From Chloroflexota bacterium (lineage in GTDB: Bacteria; Chloroflexota; Limnocylindria; Limnocylindrales; CSP1-4): a stretch of 63,981 bases of DNA. Numbering within the stretch: the first letter of the stretch is position 1; every line of letters starts with the position of its first letter. Position numbers and translations under genes: made by a program. The stretch is from NCBI GenBank assembly GCA_003152995.1, contig PMBR01000117.1:1-63981 (forward strand). The letters run 5' to 3'. The notes under the pieces were generated by a model. That model saw only the letters and a program-made list of their open reading frames with translations, was not told the DNA's origin and did not search any database. Positions 35,601 through 43,431 of the stretch are shown here, piece after piece.

Positions 35601-38387
35601 GCCCGAGCCATCGACATGGAGCGTGCCCGACCACAGGTTCACCGCAGCGGTCGAGCCATCGCCGAGGGTTACCGACTTGACCGGGCCCTGTGCGGTGCCG
35701 CCGCCCGAGACCACGCTCATCGAGAACTCGTCGCGCTCGATCACCGAGCCACCGGTCCAGCGGGTGTTGGCGGGATCGAAGGAGCGTTTGTCGCGGGCCA
35801 TGAAGAGCTTGGGGTTCGCCCAGTCCGAGGCCCAAACGCACTGGACTCCAGCGGTCGAGCAGTCCGCGCCGGTGACGTGGACGAGATCCAGACGCAGGGT
35901 GTACGAGCCCGGCGTTGGGGGCGCGGTGACTGCCAGGGTTACGGCCCCGGTGTGTCCGTCGGTGATCCCGCCGGACGGCAGATCCTGGGTCCCCGGCGCA
36001 GGGCTGGTGACCAGCTTGCCGGTCTGGTCGAACCAGCGATAGCCGGCCTTGTAGTACCAGCCGGCGCTGTCGGGATTGTTCTTGTCGTTGAAGGTGAAGC
36101 CCGAGCCGTTGTTGGTGATCACGATCGGGAGGTTTGTCACCTGGCCCGCGGGCATCGCCGAGGGGGCGTAATTCGGACCCAGTTCGGTCGCGAAGTCGAT
36201 CTGGGTCTGGGGCACGACGTAGTTGATCGTGAGGAGCGGCCGGTTCGTGACCGGCGAGGCCGTACCGAGATCGAAGTCGATCTCGTTCTTGGTCTCGTCG
36301 GTCTGGACGAGCATGAAGCCGAGGTTCGCCATCCAGTCCGCGGCTCGGTTGGTGTACAAGTCGCGAACGATGGCGGTCACATCGAAGGTGTCCGTACAGT
36401 TGTCTGAACCGTGCCCCCCGCATGAGTTCGCCGTGGCCTGCTGCACGGTCGTGCCGCCGCCGTTCACCTGGGCCCAGGTCGACTCGCCGGTCCAAGCATT
36501 GCGCATCCGCTGCGCGGCGAGGGTCATCGTCCCGGTGCCGTAGTTGTACATCTGGTGGATCGTGAGCGAGGCGCTGATAACCTGGCCGCCGTCCTCGGTG
36601 CAGCCCGTGCCGTCGCACAACGAAGCCGAGGGGAAGAACACGAGCGAGCGCATCAAGCCGAAGCCGGTGCCGCGGGCATCCACGCCGACGCGCTCGAAGC
36701 CGCGCCCGGTCGGGTAGTACTGGGGCATGCCGGCCATGAGGTAGGTGTCGAGGTATCCGGTGTTGGTGCAGCCGGTCCCACCGTTCTGGATGCAAATCGA
36801 CGGATCGAGGCTGACCGGGAAGGTGCGGACAGAGGCGGTGAGCCAGCTCGGAGCGATGGCGTAGACGAGCAGAACCTCAGTTGGCCCCAGGCCAGAGACC
36901 GTTGCGGCGGACACGCCGGCGGGATAGGTCGTGTCGCCCGGATGAACGAGGGCAACCGAAATGTCCGCGTTGGTGGAGCCGAGCCCTGTGGCATCGACTA
37001 GACCCGGCGCCCCGATCCGGCCGACCACGTCGGGCCCGCTCTGGCCGGCGGCCGGAACGCCGGCAGGGTCGATCAGAAGGACGCTCTGGCCATCGGTGTC
37101 GAGGGTTGCCTGCAGGGAGCCCGCGTCGAGGGCGTAGGCGTACGTCGTCGCCGCGCTCGCGTTGTTGAGGGTCGCCCCGAATTCGAAGCCGTCTGCCGTG
37201 GGGATGACGCTCAGCGCCCCCGCCACGCCCGTGCCGGCAAAGCTTAGGCCGCCATTCGGACCGACATTGGCGATCGGATTGACCGAGGGTGTGGGCGTAG
37301 CCGAAGGTGTGGGCGTGGGCGCGGGCGTAGGCGCGGCCGAAGGTATGGGCGTGGGCGTAGCCGAAGGTGTGGCCGAGCCCGATGGTGTGGGCGTGGCCGA
37401 AGGCGCGGGCGACTGAGTCGGCAAAGGCGCGGCCGACGCCGTCGGCTGGGCCGAAGTTGCTGGATTACCCGTTGGCGGGGGCGTGGCAGCGGCGGCAGGA
37501 TTGGCCGAGGGTGTGGGTGTGGGTGTGGGTGTGGCCGAAGCCGTTGGCTGAGCTGAAGGTGCTGGATTACCCGTTGGCGTTGGCGTTGGCGTTGGCGTTG
37601 GCATGGCCGTCGGCGTGGGCGTGGCCGAGGGGGTGGGCGTGGCCGTCGGCGTGGGCGAAGGAGATGGACCGACCGTGAGTCCCCCCAATGAGGCCGATCC
37701 GTAGCCGGGCGCACGCAGCTTGATCGAGTAGGGTCCCGACGCAAGTTGGGCTAGGCCCGCAGTCGCGTCGCGGTCGCTGAGCTGAAGCGAGACGTCATTG
37801 GCTTTGGTCCCTAGATCGTAGGCGCCTGCGGTCTTGGCCACGAGACTCGTGTCGATCGGGGCCCAGGCGCCGGTGGTGTCGCGGTAGTTGACTCGCACCG
37901 GGTAGTAGATGAGGGTGATCGTGCCGTTGGTCTCAGCGTAGGCACGGACGTTGGGGCCCCAGCGAGTCATGGCCGGCGTCCGGACCGATGGCGCCTTGTA
38001 TGTCGGCTGGGTCGGCCGCAGCGAGACCCCTCCGTCTGCAGTGGCTCCTGCGCTCCCCGGCTGCTGGGGAACGTCGATCGGGGCGCGTTCGACAGCCGAA
38101 GGGATCGAGTTCGCCCCGGAGTCAGTGGCGGGCAGACTCCCGCCTTGGGCCGGTGGCAGGGCGGTGGTCGCGGCAACGGCGGAGACGGTGATCGAGGTGG
38201 CGACGAGCACCAGGCACGTTGCCGTGCTCAGAGCCCGACCAATGACACCACGACGGAGCAGACGCGAGCGCACGCGTCGAGCGAGGTCGACCCTCACGTT
38301 ACCCCCGGCCCTGCGGCCCTGTCTTTGGCGCGCCAGCGCGCCGTTCTCCACCTCTGCGGCTCGCTGACGGAAGCGAACCGGGTCCAC
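26625..38387 (-). CDS. Giant RHS/YD-repeat polymorphic toxin (3920 aa)
   Basis: N-terminal signal anchor and PT-rich linker. Two LamG-like modules (FTVEAWVK / WTIEAWVN ... IDEVA-Y), two CBM-like modules and dozens of YD repeats (Y-YD--G). RHS core end is YDAGARFYSPGLGTFTQFD...NRYLYGDANPATLIDPDGH, followed by a 288-aa C-terminal domain. Confidence 0.95.
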   Translation of the reverse strand: MDPVRFRQRAAEVENGALARQRQGRRAGGNVRVDLARRVRSRLLRRGVIGRALSTATCLVLVATSITVSAVAATTALPPAQGGSLPATDSGANSIPSAVERAPIDVPQQPGSAGATADGGVSLRPTQPTYKAPSVRTPAMTRWGPNVRAYAETNGTITLIYYPVRVNYRDTTGAWAPIDTSLVAKTAGAYDLGTKANDVSLQLSDRDATAGLAQLASGPYSIKLRAPGYGSASLGGLTVGPSPSPTPTATPTPSATPTPTAMPTPTPTPTPTGNPAPSAQPTASATPTPTPTPSANPAAAATPPPTGNPATSAQPTASAAPLPTQSPAPSATPTPSGSATPSATPTPIPSAAPTPAPTPTPSATPTPSVNPIANVGPNGGLSFAGTGVAGALSVIPTADGFEFGATLNNASAATTYAYALDAGSLQATLDTDGQSVLLIDPAGVPAAGQSGPDVVGRIGAPGLVDATGLGSTNADISVALVHPGDTTYPAGVSAATVSGLGPTEVLLVYAIAPSWLTASVRTFPVSLDPSICIQNGGTGCTNTGYLDTYLMAGMPQYYPTGRGFERVGVDARGTGFGLMRSLVFFPSASLCDGTGCTEDGGQVISASLTIHQMYNYGTGTMTLAAQRMRNAWTGESTWAQVNGGGTTVQQATANSCGGHGSDNCTDTFDVTAIVRDLYTNRAADWMANLGFMLVQTDETKNEIDFDLGTASPVTNRPLLTINYVVPQTQIDFATELGPNYAPSAMPAGQVTNLPIVITNNGSGFTFNDKNNPDSAGWYYKAGYRWFDQTGKLVTSPAPGTQDLPSGGITDGHTGAVTLAVTAPPTPGSYTLRLDLVHVTGADCSTAGVQCVWASDWANPKLFMARDKRSFDPANTRWTGGSVIERDEFSMSVVSGGGTAQGPVKSVTLGDGSTAAVNLWSGTLHVDGSGGVGFNDLDPVNLSYQYDSGAISSCAEILGACGWSTNFDERLNVSTTAPGTYTYQDPSGNSYFVGADGNGQLISSAPSALARTRWTLFDDNKLAWSSPPTYDHLTASSGAFSTKIDSRSTTSAAITPQVPLNSYPLLDFSAKTSSLTYNKAGIALDIYDTNTSTQNWFGYNFGASWSIAGMDWQTDIGGISTSWTPYERNVWNDVNANKSLFGAATDHDSYLVLAVEITGYVSGGSLWFDGAALEPGSSVAFDDSLPTFVGGSGSYASLNSSDKAIGADSLQVTAITPLSASPTVSGLTTPLYVYPFARWYWRKVGGTTIAQAFTIKDVRTNISQTITYYAGENKGYANPIKISDSLPVSWTPVTRDLEDDARQVLGFYNDNPGSSSPGAAPSNGPIPDDVQLTGYELIAYDGQYALFDDDYLTSQTGADPLIAPGSEDFVATGADGSQHYFNLDGLLERIVDRNGQTTTFDWTYDTSKSGQAAYTLTKIHAPSDGMALSSGTAQRDIAVAYASGKVTFTEELGSTTSHSGRATEFDLTSSNLMTVIPAQHVGTGCAAVGTASGCLKFEYTGSNLLWKIRDPRDTGSSGNNFYTMVTYDGTNRPTKITDVSASPDEDMLVVDTYSASSDTYRRVLWQNGPALAASKALYIDLSPDGTTLNEYQPLTCSSSACTPAVDAGDLMASYAFDGVGHYSTETRCQTAGCTSTGGGNQVVSRRGTNAALAVDNLADPLTGAETLWSQSADQYYASVAAGNPGLYRTTYTYNALHEVVDTITPYTSPEPVYSTVVAAGPNLAGYWRLGEPSGSTAADSSSGNHAGTISSSGVSLAQPGALVGDANKAMSFNGSSGSIAINSGLALSGSFTVEAWVKTTSATAKQAIVGSGSYGFALELAPATATNPIEIHSAIGTGGAWLNSAADAEFEYAPGAWYHIVETVGGGNFEIYVNGIQIGSGVYVGTALLADGSHALRIGQDGNASAHWAGSIDEVAVYAGVLSPGAIEAHWAEGAATVLNDVQTLYDDSGNPTSVTDDTYLANEGFEYGTGGNNAGWTLGSSATIYQATSLPDASVHSGTASLKLAANGAAGPATQTVRLVPGQAMRLQFWAHGVSGGHVSYKIEDAAGSTWETPAMATASKAPGGWTQYAIDTRVPVSGDGRIRVSFWNDASAGTGYVDDVDLLTMYSRTTYADGTGATPAGLPTDTFVLNQETPGTTGGIDTRLAYGASSVTPAILPTSRTANYVNGSFDPTKPDEDVISSATYDAWGRTISTTDPDGVGATTTYATNMTDVASTADGVGNVTTYAYDPAGRRTSVTSPLGEMTTTAYDLAGHAVSVTDPNGIQNTSTYTHGLLVSSVANSVSGGGTSGTANLTTNYTYDNLGNQASVISDGGSGLINAETTSGYDLLGNVIQSVVYSDSAHTNSRTTTAYFDVSGSIARPKPSGSRGPIAPTGGRLCPGSTTLYCNSVSVLDMAGRPTMTYDAYGTPSQHVFDLDGHEVRTVGNYSTGTYDPSHPDRDISSDNQFDLNGNLVGVVDVLGHTTSTKRDALGRATAVVRPDNSWTRTDYTPGGRTAATSQPGSSTQGDDDVTWTATLYDAAGRAYSTLANWDRSGAAGMSLFSFEGGVDGWTGSGSGYFIGAPAGAISSDQDTAGSAYQTTAPDNGRGRLRVATSTSGSYSGAWVDLSAQDGGQTFLAGHTYKIHADIDGWSGYTLTSFFGVDASGGDYHSCGSLSTNGHWQTIDCTWTPSADRASNVHFAVRKDASGWINFYLDDVVVWDATATVTTQSNIPTSETIYDADSHPIENVTPPGVPGVDEPMVTASAYDPDGRLVATSVDATDAYSTSIINTASLLDYWPLDERGGTAAEDKKGSNDGTYTGGVALGVAGAIDEARTAASFDGASGNVGFAGCDLTTGDWTIEAWVNPASSADGYKSIVAGATGSYGLILTGSSGNLYLAARITGVANAGSANVTIPTNTWTHVGATFSAAGGTVTYYVNGAAAGTGSFGSYTPTGGAKTNTIASSASGSGFFPGSIDEVALYNAALSGGTMSSHFAAGRETAPDSNLVTANVYDALGRKTDLVDPTGINSHYVYDRLGRVTATTSNYVDGVWSSANPDRDVSSTYAYDALGEMTGYCSAQNRGDAGTLCDPTSGSATTAWHYSYDAAGHLIYQKPPTVTPLPTGVTALGGVQLSSNAWVYDAGNRLTQVCTIPSWASTCANATRYTATTYDAVGRATLVKTYQGAPGSGTSPLSWTSTYQGDGYRTRLVFDGRYASPVEGTTTLTINFSPDLLDRPIEISDGSGGVLTSYTYNADGTAGTRTDPTGTATFGYDFAGRPASVSETSLTSLTPRWSYRLDGLLGSRTWTGSNALFTYTYDAAKRPVGLAISGTGVASVSLSQTYDRDGNVKSEGRTFAGITGDSGNNTASFTYDGLARVVSDVLGSRSISYTYDRDSNRTSMTDGSPTTYVYDAADQLLSQTVSGTTHYFAYDSGGNMIADAEPVAGGSTTTYTYDIADRLLGITAPNPTASSTFTLDPLGRTATRTTATSPTATTDTYSYLGTSETVCQIATSGGSNSTTVALLGSDGSRLATKVGGSNTLSFLVPDLHGNVAAAATWNFGTITDAFRYDAYGRLIAATTSSLPTPWRYQGRMLVSATGAADLYDAGARFYSPGLGTFTQFDSVGGSAQNPISMNRYLYGDANPATLIDPDGHTGICEYIVTDASCWETGTGKDTGNSPKSPATGGAPAPTVPPVTDGGCQYHDCTPTVPTLNDTHRQFLTMCLSTGSDLDECLRRWKKVVRGEIAGDSSSDGPPEIVSTAVGNIQVPADIAKDALWLARFKKLFEGFMARGGGWTEASARSAAIGMVRQQFTGGNGAALEGISDKAGAAALLADTGLTMATCDWSDELNCANQSAKTAVKDYAGLKVGALVGTACVLGLATGPGEALICGGGAVIAGVVTSNVVGSTWDSVACNFDSDCPKLDDYYEAIRLLSVRDSGNP
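37275..37667. repeat. Low-complexity Pro/Thr/Ser/Ala-coding repeats in the RHS N-terminus
   Basis: The DNA shows reiterated 'ggcgtgggcgtggccga'-type units, giving about 131 aa of PTPTPSATPTP-type sequence. Confidence 0.8.
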
Positions 38388-38514
38388 GATCTCGGGCGAT
38401 GAGTCAGAGCGCGGTCAACTCCTGCCCGGCCACCTCACCCGGAATGGACCGGTTCCGAGTCTAGTAGGTTGCGACCCGCGGGTTAAGGCGATTCCGCATG
38501 CCGGCCGGCGCATA

Positions 38515-38826
38515 GTGGCGGGGGTGGTCTGGGGCTTTCGCCATGCCTTTGCCTGCGAGGCAGTGGGCGAGTCGGGCACGGGCCGCCGCACCACCCTCGC
38601 CGAGATCTACGGTCGTGGCCTCACGATCGAGAATGTCATCCCGGCCCTGCTAGATCTCAAGGCTTACCCGATCCGCAGGTGCCGCCGTGCGACAGTGGAT
38701 CGTCGCGATCCGCGCATAGCGTCGACGCCGGCTGGTGAGCACAAGACGGCCAACGAGCACAAAGCCTCTACTGTCGTTACGCCTGCTCTCCGCCCATCGG
38801 ATCAGGGTTCACTGCCTGGAGCGTAG
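38515..38826 (+). CDS. Possible small protein in the RHS upstream gap
   Basis: Only an ORF with fairly GC-rich third codon positions. No motif, and it overlaps a convergent gene end. Confidence 0.25.
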   Translation: MAGVVWGFRHAFACEAVGESGTGRRTTLAEIYGRGLTIENVIPALLDLKAYPIRRCRRATVDRRDPRIASTPAGEHKTANEHKASTVVTPALRPSDQGSLPGA

Positions 38827-39449
38827 TTGCCTTCCTCGTCGATTACGAGCCACCTGTTGTCGATATGCTGGAGTTCGAGAGTGAAGATCATCGTATTCTT
38901 CGGGTGCGCGACGACCAGCTTGCCGCCGTCCTGTACCTGGGCGATGTCCAGCCAGACGTCCGCCTGTACCGTCGCGGTCACCATGTCACACGGCAGCGGC
39001 GTGCCGACTGCACCCGAGGGATCCGCGGCCGGCACGGCGCTAGCGCAGGTGTCCAGAGACACGATGTCGATACGGCTAACACCAGCGTCCAGGTACCGCA
39101 CGTCGCCGACCATCTGACCATCCAGGTTCTGTGCTAGGACTGTATTCCGTTTGGCCAGTTCGTTTCCCGCAAAATACTTAGCGAGATCGGACCTACCAAG
39201 GCCTTCAATTGTCGCGCGGTCTGCCTGGGCCAACGCCCGGCCCTTGAAGTTGGCCCCGGGCATCGGCGCCATCTGTTGGCTAATGATCGCGTTCTTGATG
39301 GCAAGCCGAATGGGCGCCTCGTCAGGAGCCGCTTTCGTCGCGCTCGGAAACGAAAGCACAATAGCTGCCGCGACCATCGCGGACAAACCAGCTAGCGATG
39401 CGAGCACTCTTCGTGATAGTCGGTGGCGACCCACGGACCACTTGTTCAT
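38802..39449 (-). CDS. Secreted hypothetical protein
   Basis: Signal peptide LASLAGLSAMVAAAIVLSFPSATKA. Confidence 0.55.
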   Translation of the reverse strand: MNKWSVGRHRLSRRVLASLAGLSAMVAAAIVLSFPSATKAAPDEAPIRLAIKNAIISQQMAPMPGANFKGRALAQADRATIEGLGRSDLAKYFAGNELAKRNTVLAQNLDGQMVGDVRYLDAGVSRIDIVSLDTCASAVPAADPSGAVGTPLPCDMVTATVQADVWLDIAQVQDGGKLVVAHPKNTMIFTLELQHIDNRWLVIDEEGNYAPGSEP

Positions 39450-39479
39450 GGCTCTTGTCCCTTCTCTACCGTTTCGAGA

Positions 39480-40112
39480 CTACGGCGTATTGGGATCGAT
39501 GTGGATCCGGGTGATCATCGTCGTCGCCTGGTTATTAGCGTTGTAATCTCCGAGATTCCAAAACGCGTGCTTCCGGGACACGCTGTGCTGGTCGACCAAG
39601 TCGCCCACCCAGCCATTTGGATCGGTGCCATAGCCTACTTGTATAACTGAATGAGACACGCCGTAACGATTTGAGTCGTCCCAGTCGAAGTAGAGGACGT
39701 CGCCGACGCTCACGCCAGACCTGGACCCAGATCCTTGAGTGGGACCGTAAATCCTTGCGAGCCCGCCGTAGGTCTGCCAGTAAAGCCACTGCAGCTGGTC
39801 GAAAGCTATCGACCAGCTGAACGAAGCATTATCCGTACTTGTTCCGCTGACGAACCAGTTCTTCAGCGTGCTCCGATCGCCTCCTACGTACGAGCTAACC
39901 ATCGAGATTCCCCCGGCATGGAGGGCCTGGGACACGAAGTTCGTGCAGTCGTCTCCGGTAAACACGGGGTAACTCGGATTGCTTGTCGCGGCCCATTGGT
40001 CCGCGTATGAGGCGGCAGCGGTTGGGTTATAGGCTAACGTGGCTCGAGGGGCCAACGCCGCTAGGACAAGAGCCACGAGGATCACCCCGCAGCAGTATCG
40101 TGTTCTATGCAC
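39480..40112 (-). CDS. Secreted putative amidase-domain (Amidase_6 / NlpC-P60-like) protein
   Basis: GTG 40112 follows GGGGGCGG. Motifs DDCTNFVSQALHAGG and YGVSHSVIQV, with a candidate Cys/His pair. Confidence 0.65.
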   Translation of the reverse strand: MHRTRYCCGVILVALVLAALAPRATLAYNPTAAASYADQWAATSNPSYPVFTGDDCTNFVSQALHAGGISMVSSYVGGDRSTLKNWFVSGTSTDNASFSWSIAFDQLQWLYWQTYGGLARIYGPTQGSGSRSGVSVGDVLYFDWDDSNRYGVSHSVIQVGYGTDPNGWVGDLVDQHSVSRKHAFWNLGDYNANNQATTMITRIHIDPNTP

Positions 40113-40122
40113 AATCCGCCCC

Positions 40123-40608
40123 CTAATAGTCCTTGATCGAAGAAATCTGGTTGTCCCAGCCCTGGAGGTCGCCTGATGAAACGTCACTCGTGTAGGTGAG
40201 ACACGTGCCCGTCAGTCCATCCCAGCACAATGACCACTTAACGCTGACGCCGTGACTCATGTTGAATGTTTGGAAGCTGGAGATGACGTCATTCCATGTC
40301 GTACACATGAGGTGGCAGCCAGCCCCGAAATTCTCGACCATTCCTCCCAGGTTTGGCCATTGCGCCTGATTGCCACAGAGGAGCATATACCGACCAGTGA
40401 AACTTGGGCTCTCCCATAGCTCGATCCCCGGACCGTAGAAGCATCGTGTATCTCCCGATGAGTACTGCGCCGCACTCGCAATCTTCGGCTCGGCAATAGG
40501 CCGCGCCATCGAGGCAATCGCTGGCGAAGGGATCGATGCGGCGACCAAAGCGGCCACCACCACAGCCCCTCCCCAGCGGAGTCCCGCGCCAGAAGTCCTC
40601 ACGTTCAC
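40123..40608 (-). CDS. Secreted beta/gamma-crystallin-like protein
   Basis: Signal peptide, then Greek-key-like IELWESPSFTGRYMLL...WNDVISS and GDLQGWDNQISS. Confidence 0.55.
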   Translation of the reverse strand: MNVRTSGAGLRWGGAVVVAALVAASIPSPAIASMARPIAEPKIASAAQYSSGDTRCFYGPGIELWESPSFTGRYMLLCGNQAQWPNLGGMVENFGAGCHLMCTTWNDVISSFQTFNMSHGVSVKWSLCWDGLTGTCLTYTSDVSSGDLQGWDNQISSIKDY

Positions 40609-40733
40609 CCTCCTTGAACTGACGGTCGAACAAGCACGAGTTTGAGCAGGTCAGGCTGAGGACATCCCTCCCTCCGGGCTACACCCTGGAGACGACTTCT
40701 ACCGAGGCGATCCGGGGTTCGCCTGGACCGTGA

Positions 40734-41537
40734 CTAGTGAGTTACCTTCTCGGGCACGCCGTTCGAAACAATCTCCGAACCCGACAGCAAGTCGTGTAAC
40801 CCTCGTTTGGACCGGTTCATATGCGTGCTCACCAAGAGAACGGATGACCAGACATATCCCGCTAGGTAGGCCGTCATCCACGGGATCGCGAGGCCGTTGC
40901 TCAGGACAGAGCCAACCGTTGAGGCTGGGGTACTCAGCCATGCGTTTGTCGGCGTACGCGACAACCAGTCAGTTGCGCTGAGGATAACGATAGCGGCGCT
41001 CACCGATGCGAGAGACAGCGATGCCCCAAAGCCGGAGAGCCAGAACCATCGGGAGAGTGCGCCAGAGGCCGTGAGCCTCCCGCGGCCGCTTGCTTGAGCG
41101 ACCGAGAGTCCCATCAATCGTTGCCCCAGGGTGGCCCCTAGCTTCGTCCAGCTGCCAGCGTAATAGAAGCCTGCGAAACCGACGTATGCCAAGAGAATAA
41201 TTGCGACAAGGAGACCGTTCGAATGGAGGAGCGGCGCGCTCACCAATTGGAACGGATGAACTCCGCTGGCGTCCATCTGGGGTTCTGTCTGCGGGACTAG
41301 GCGCATCTGATCGATCGCCAATCCGTTGGGGCCCAGGGCACCCACTACGAGCGCGAGCAGCAAGAACGCGCCGCCTGCAAGCCCAACGATCGCCGAATCG
41401 ACGAACCAGGCGAGTACTCGCCGTCCAATCGATGGTGGGCGCGCTCCACCCGAGTATCTCGGCCTGCGAGAAACATCATCCACCCTGATGCCTCCGTCCC
41501 ACCGCGGTCGCCCAAGGTTCGATCGTAACCGTGTCAA
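40734..41537 (-). CDS. RDD-family membrane protein
   Basis: RRVLAWFVDSAIVG motif plus multiple TM segments. Confidence 0.65.
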   Translation of the reverse strand: MTRLRSNLGRPRWDGGIRVDDVSRRPRYSGGARPPSIGRRVLAWFVDSAIVGLAGGAFLLLALVVGALGPNGLAIDQMRLVPQTEPQMDASGVHPFQLVSAPLLHSNGLLVAIILLAYVGFAGFYYAGSWTKLGATLGQRLMGLSVAQASGRGRLTASGALSRWFWLSGFGASLSLASVSAAIVILSATDWLSRTPTNAWLSTPASTVGSVLSNGLAIPWMTAYLAGYVWSSVLLVSTHMNRSKRGLHDLLSGSEIVSNGVPEKVTH

Positions 41538-41920
41538 GGCCCAATATACACATTTGAGCGCCCGGACAGACTACATCATCCGTTTCGACACTTTCCGGTT
41601 CTTGATGTCGACCAACGGCTCGTGTCTGCCGCGCCTGTGCGGGTCCGAATCCAACTGTCGCCGTTTGAGAAGGTTGCGGGCATCCGCGCGTCGGTGAAGC
41701 ACTTGCACTCTGAATCGAGTTGACCCGGTAGAGGTCAACGTCGTCTCCGGCCGCCTCGCTACGCCCCTCACGAGGTGGTCATCGTGTCCGCGACCCCCAC
41801 AGTCGAGAGTCGAGCCGGTTCATCCGCGACGGGACCGCCCCGTGTTCTCTGGCAATCGCTCCAGCTGGTGCGGCTGCTTGATGGGCAGGGCCATGACTCA
41901 GCCGAAGGGGCCGGCATCGG

Positions 41921-43033
41921 CTACTCCGGGGTCACCGTCCAAGCGCCGTCGGCATTGATCACCAGGAGCATCATCCCCGGCGGCAGCTGAATCTCGCCAC
42001 TGAACTTGCCAATCTCGTTCACCAGCAGGTCTCGGCCGCTGTCGCTGTAACTCCAGACGGCGAAGTTCGAGGAACCTGAGTGCGTGATAGTCGCCGTCGT
42101 GAGCCCGACTATCGGCTCCTGGAGCAGGACAACATCGTCGCCGCGGCCAGTCAACTTGGACACGCCGTCCCACAACCTCGCCGCCTGAATGGGCTTCACT
42201 GTGATGGTCCAAGAACCGCTCGACTCAACCTTGAACGCGACGGAATGCTCGCCCGAACCCGTATCGAAGATCACGGTTCCTGAGTAGTTGCCGATCACGT
42301 TCACCAGGAGGTCGAGTGTCGAGCCATCGGCCCCTATCGACCAGACCACGAAATTGGCGCTGCCACGATTGGCGATCGTGGCAGTCCCGGGCACGTCTTC
42401 CGGGATCGTGAACTTCGGCACCTTGTTGCCCCGCCCCGAGAGCTTGATGGGATTGAAGTCGAGGACGGGCGTCGGTACGGCCGTCGGCGACGGAGCCGGT
42501 GTCGGGGTCGGCATAGCCGTCGGCGACTGGGTAGGCCCGGTGGTCGGCGTCGGTACGGCCGTCGGCGACTGGGTAGGCCCGGTGGTCGGCGTCGGTACGG
42601 CCGTCGGCGACGGCGTGGGTGTCAGGGTCGGCGTCGGTACGGCTGTTGGTGACTGGGTAGGCCCGGTGGTCGGCGTCGGTGCAGTCGCATCGGTTGCTGT
42701 TGGATTCGGAGTCGGGCTCGCGGTCCCCATTGCCACCAGCGCGGTTGGAGTGGCCCCCGCGCTCTTCGGCTTCTGCTCCGTCGCGCCCGCAAACACGATG
42801 GCAGCTACCCACACGGCAGCGAGAGCGATGGACGCCCCAATGCGCAGCCGCCGGTCCTCTCGGACTCGGGCCAGTTTTCCGAGGACCCAGTAGCCTGCAT
42901 CGAACACTAGCGGCCCGTACAGCGCCGCGAACGTAGCGCAGACGAACAGGGCTGCCAGCGCCACTTTCAAGCCGACAGATGCGGACCGCCACTTCGGCTC
43001 GAACCATCGCCAGAACCTGCCACTGATTGGCAT
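41921..43033 (-). CDS. Membrane-anchored protein with a PT-repeat linker and two beta-rich domains
   Basis: N-terminal TM helices, then 14-aa [14 protein letters not shown] repeats, then duplicated [18 protein letters not shown] modules. Confidence 0.6.
   Translation of the reverse strand: MPISGRFWRWFEPKWRSASVGLKVALAALFVCATFAALYGPLVFDAGYWVLGKLARVREDRRLRIGASIALAAVWVAAIVFAGATEQKPKSAGATPTALVAMGTASPTPNPTATDATAPTPTTGPTQSPTAVPTPTLTPTPSPTAVPTPTTGPTQSPTAVPTPTTGPTQSPTAMPTPTPAPSPTAVPTPVLDFNPIKLSGRGNKVPKFTIPEDVPGTATIANRGSANFVVWSIGADGSTLDLLVNVIGNYSGTVIFDTGSGEHSVAFKVESSGSWTITVKPIQAARLWDGVSKLTGRGDDVVLLQEPIVGLTTATITHSGSSNFAVWSYSDSGRDLLVNEIGKFSGEIQLPPGMMLLVINADGAWTVTPE
42471..42690. repeat. 42-bp tandem repeat array (two perfect copies at 42517..42600, flanked by degenerate units)
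   Basis: 'ccgtcggcgactgggtaggcccggtggtcggcgtcggtacgg' occurs twice back to back. Confidence 0.85.
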
Positions 43034-43431
43034 GCGAGCGACCCCTTCTTTAGGTTCGAAGGACGCGACGGCGAACGCCAGTTGCGACCCACGCGATTAT
43101 GCTCGTCCCTCTACCTAGAAGGGGGGCTGATTCGGCGCAGTTCCACGACCTTCGGGCGCGATCGTAGACATCATCGCGGTGGTGCCGGGCCATCAGGGCG
43201 GGCGAAAGTGCTCCGCACGATCAAGCCATAGGGTTGCTCTTGGGGTGAGGTCTGGCCGGTGCCATCATTCGGTCTGCCTCTCCGACGCCTGCCCTCCGCT
43301 GCTGGCCAGGTGGGCCGCCCACTCGATGACGTCGAAGAAGCTTCGTCCGGCCGCCTCGCGGAAGAGAGCCGAAACTGAGAACGTGGGTAGGCGCTCAAGC
43401 GCGGTTGTATTCCGTCACGGCGCCATCTACG

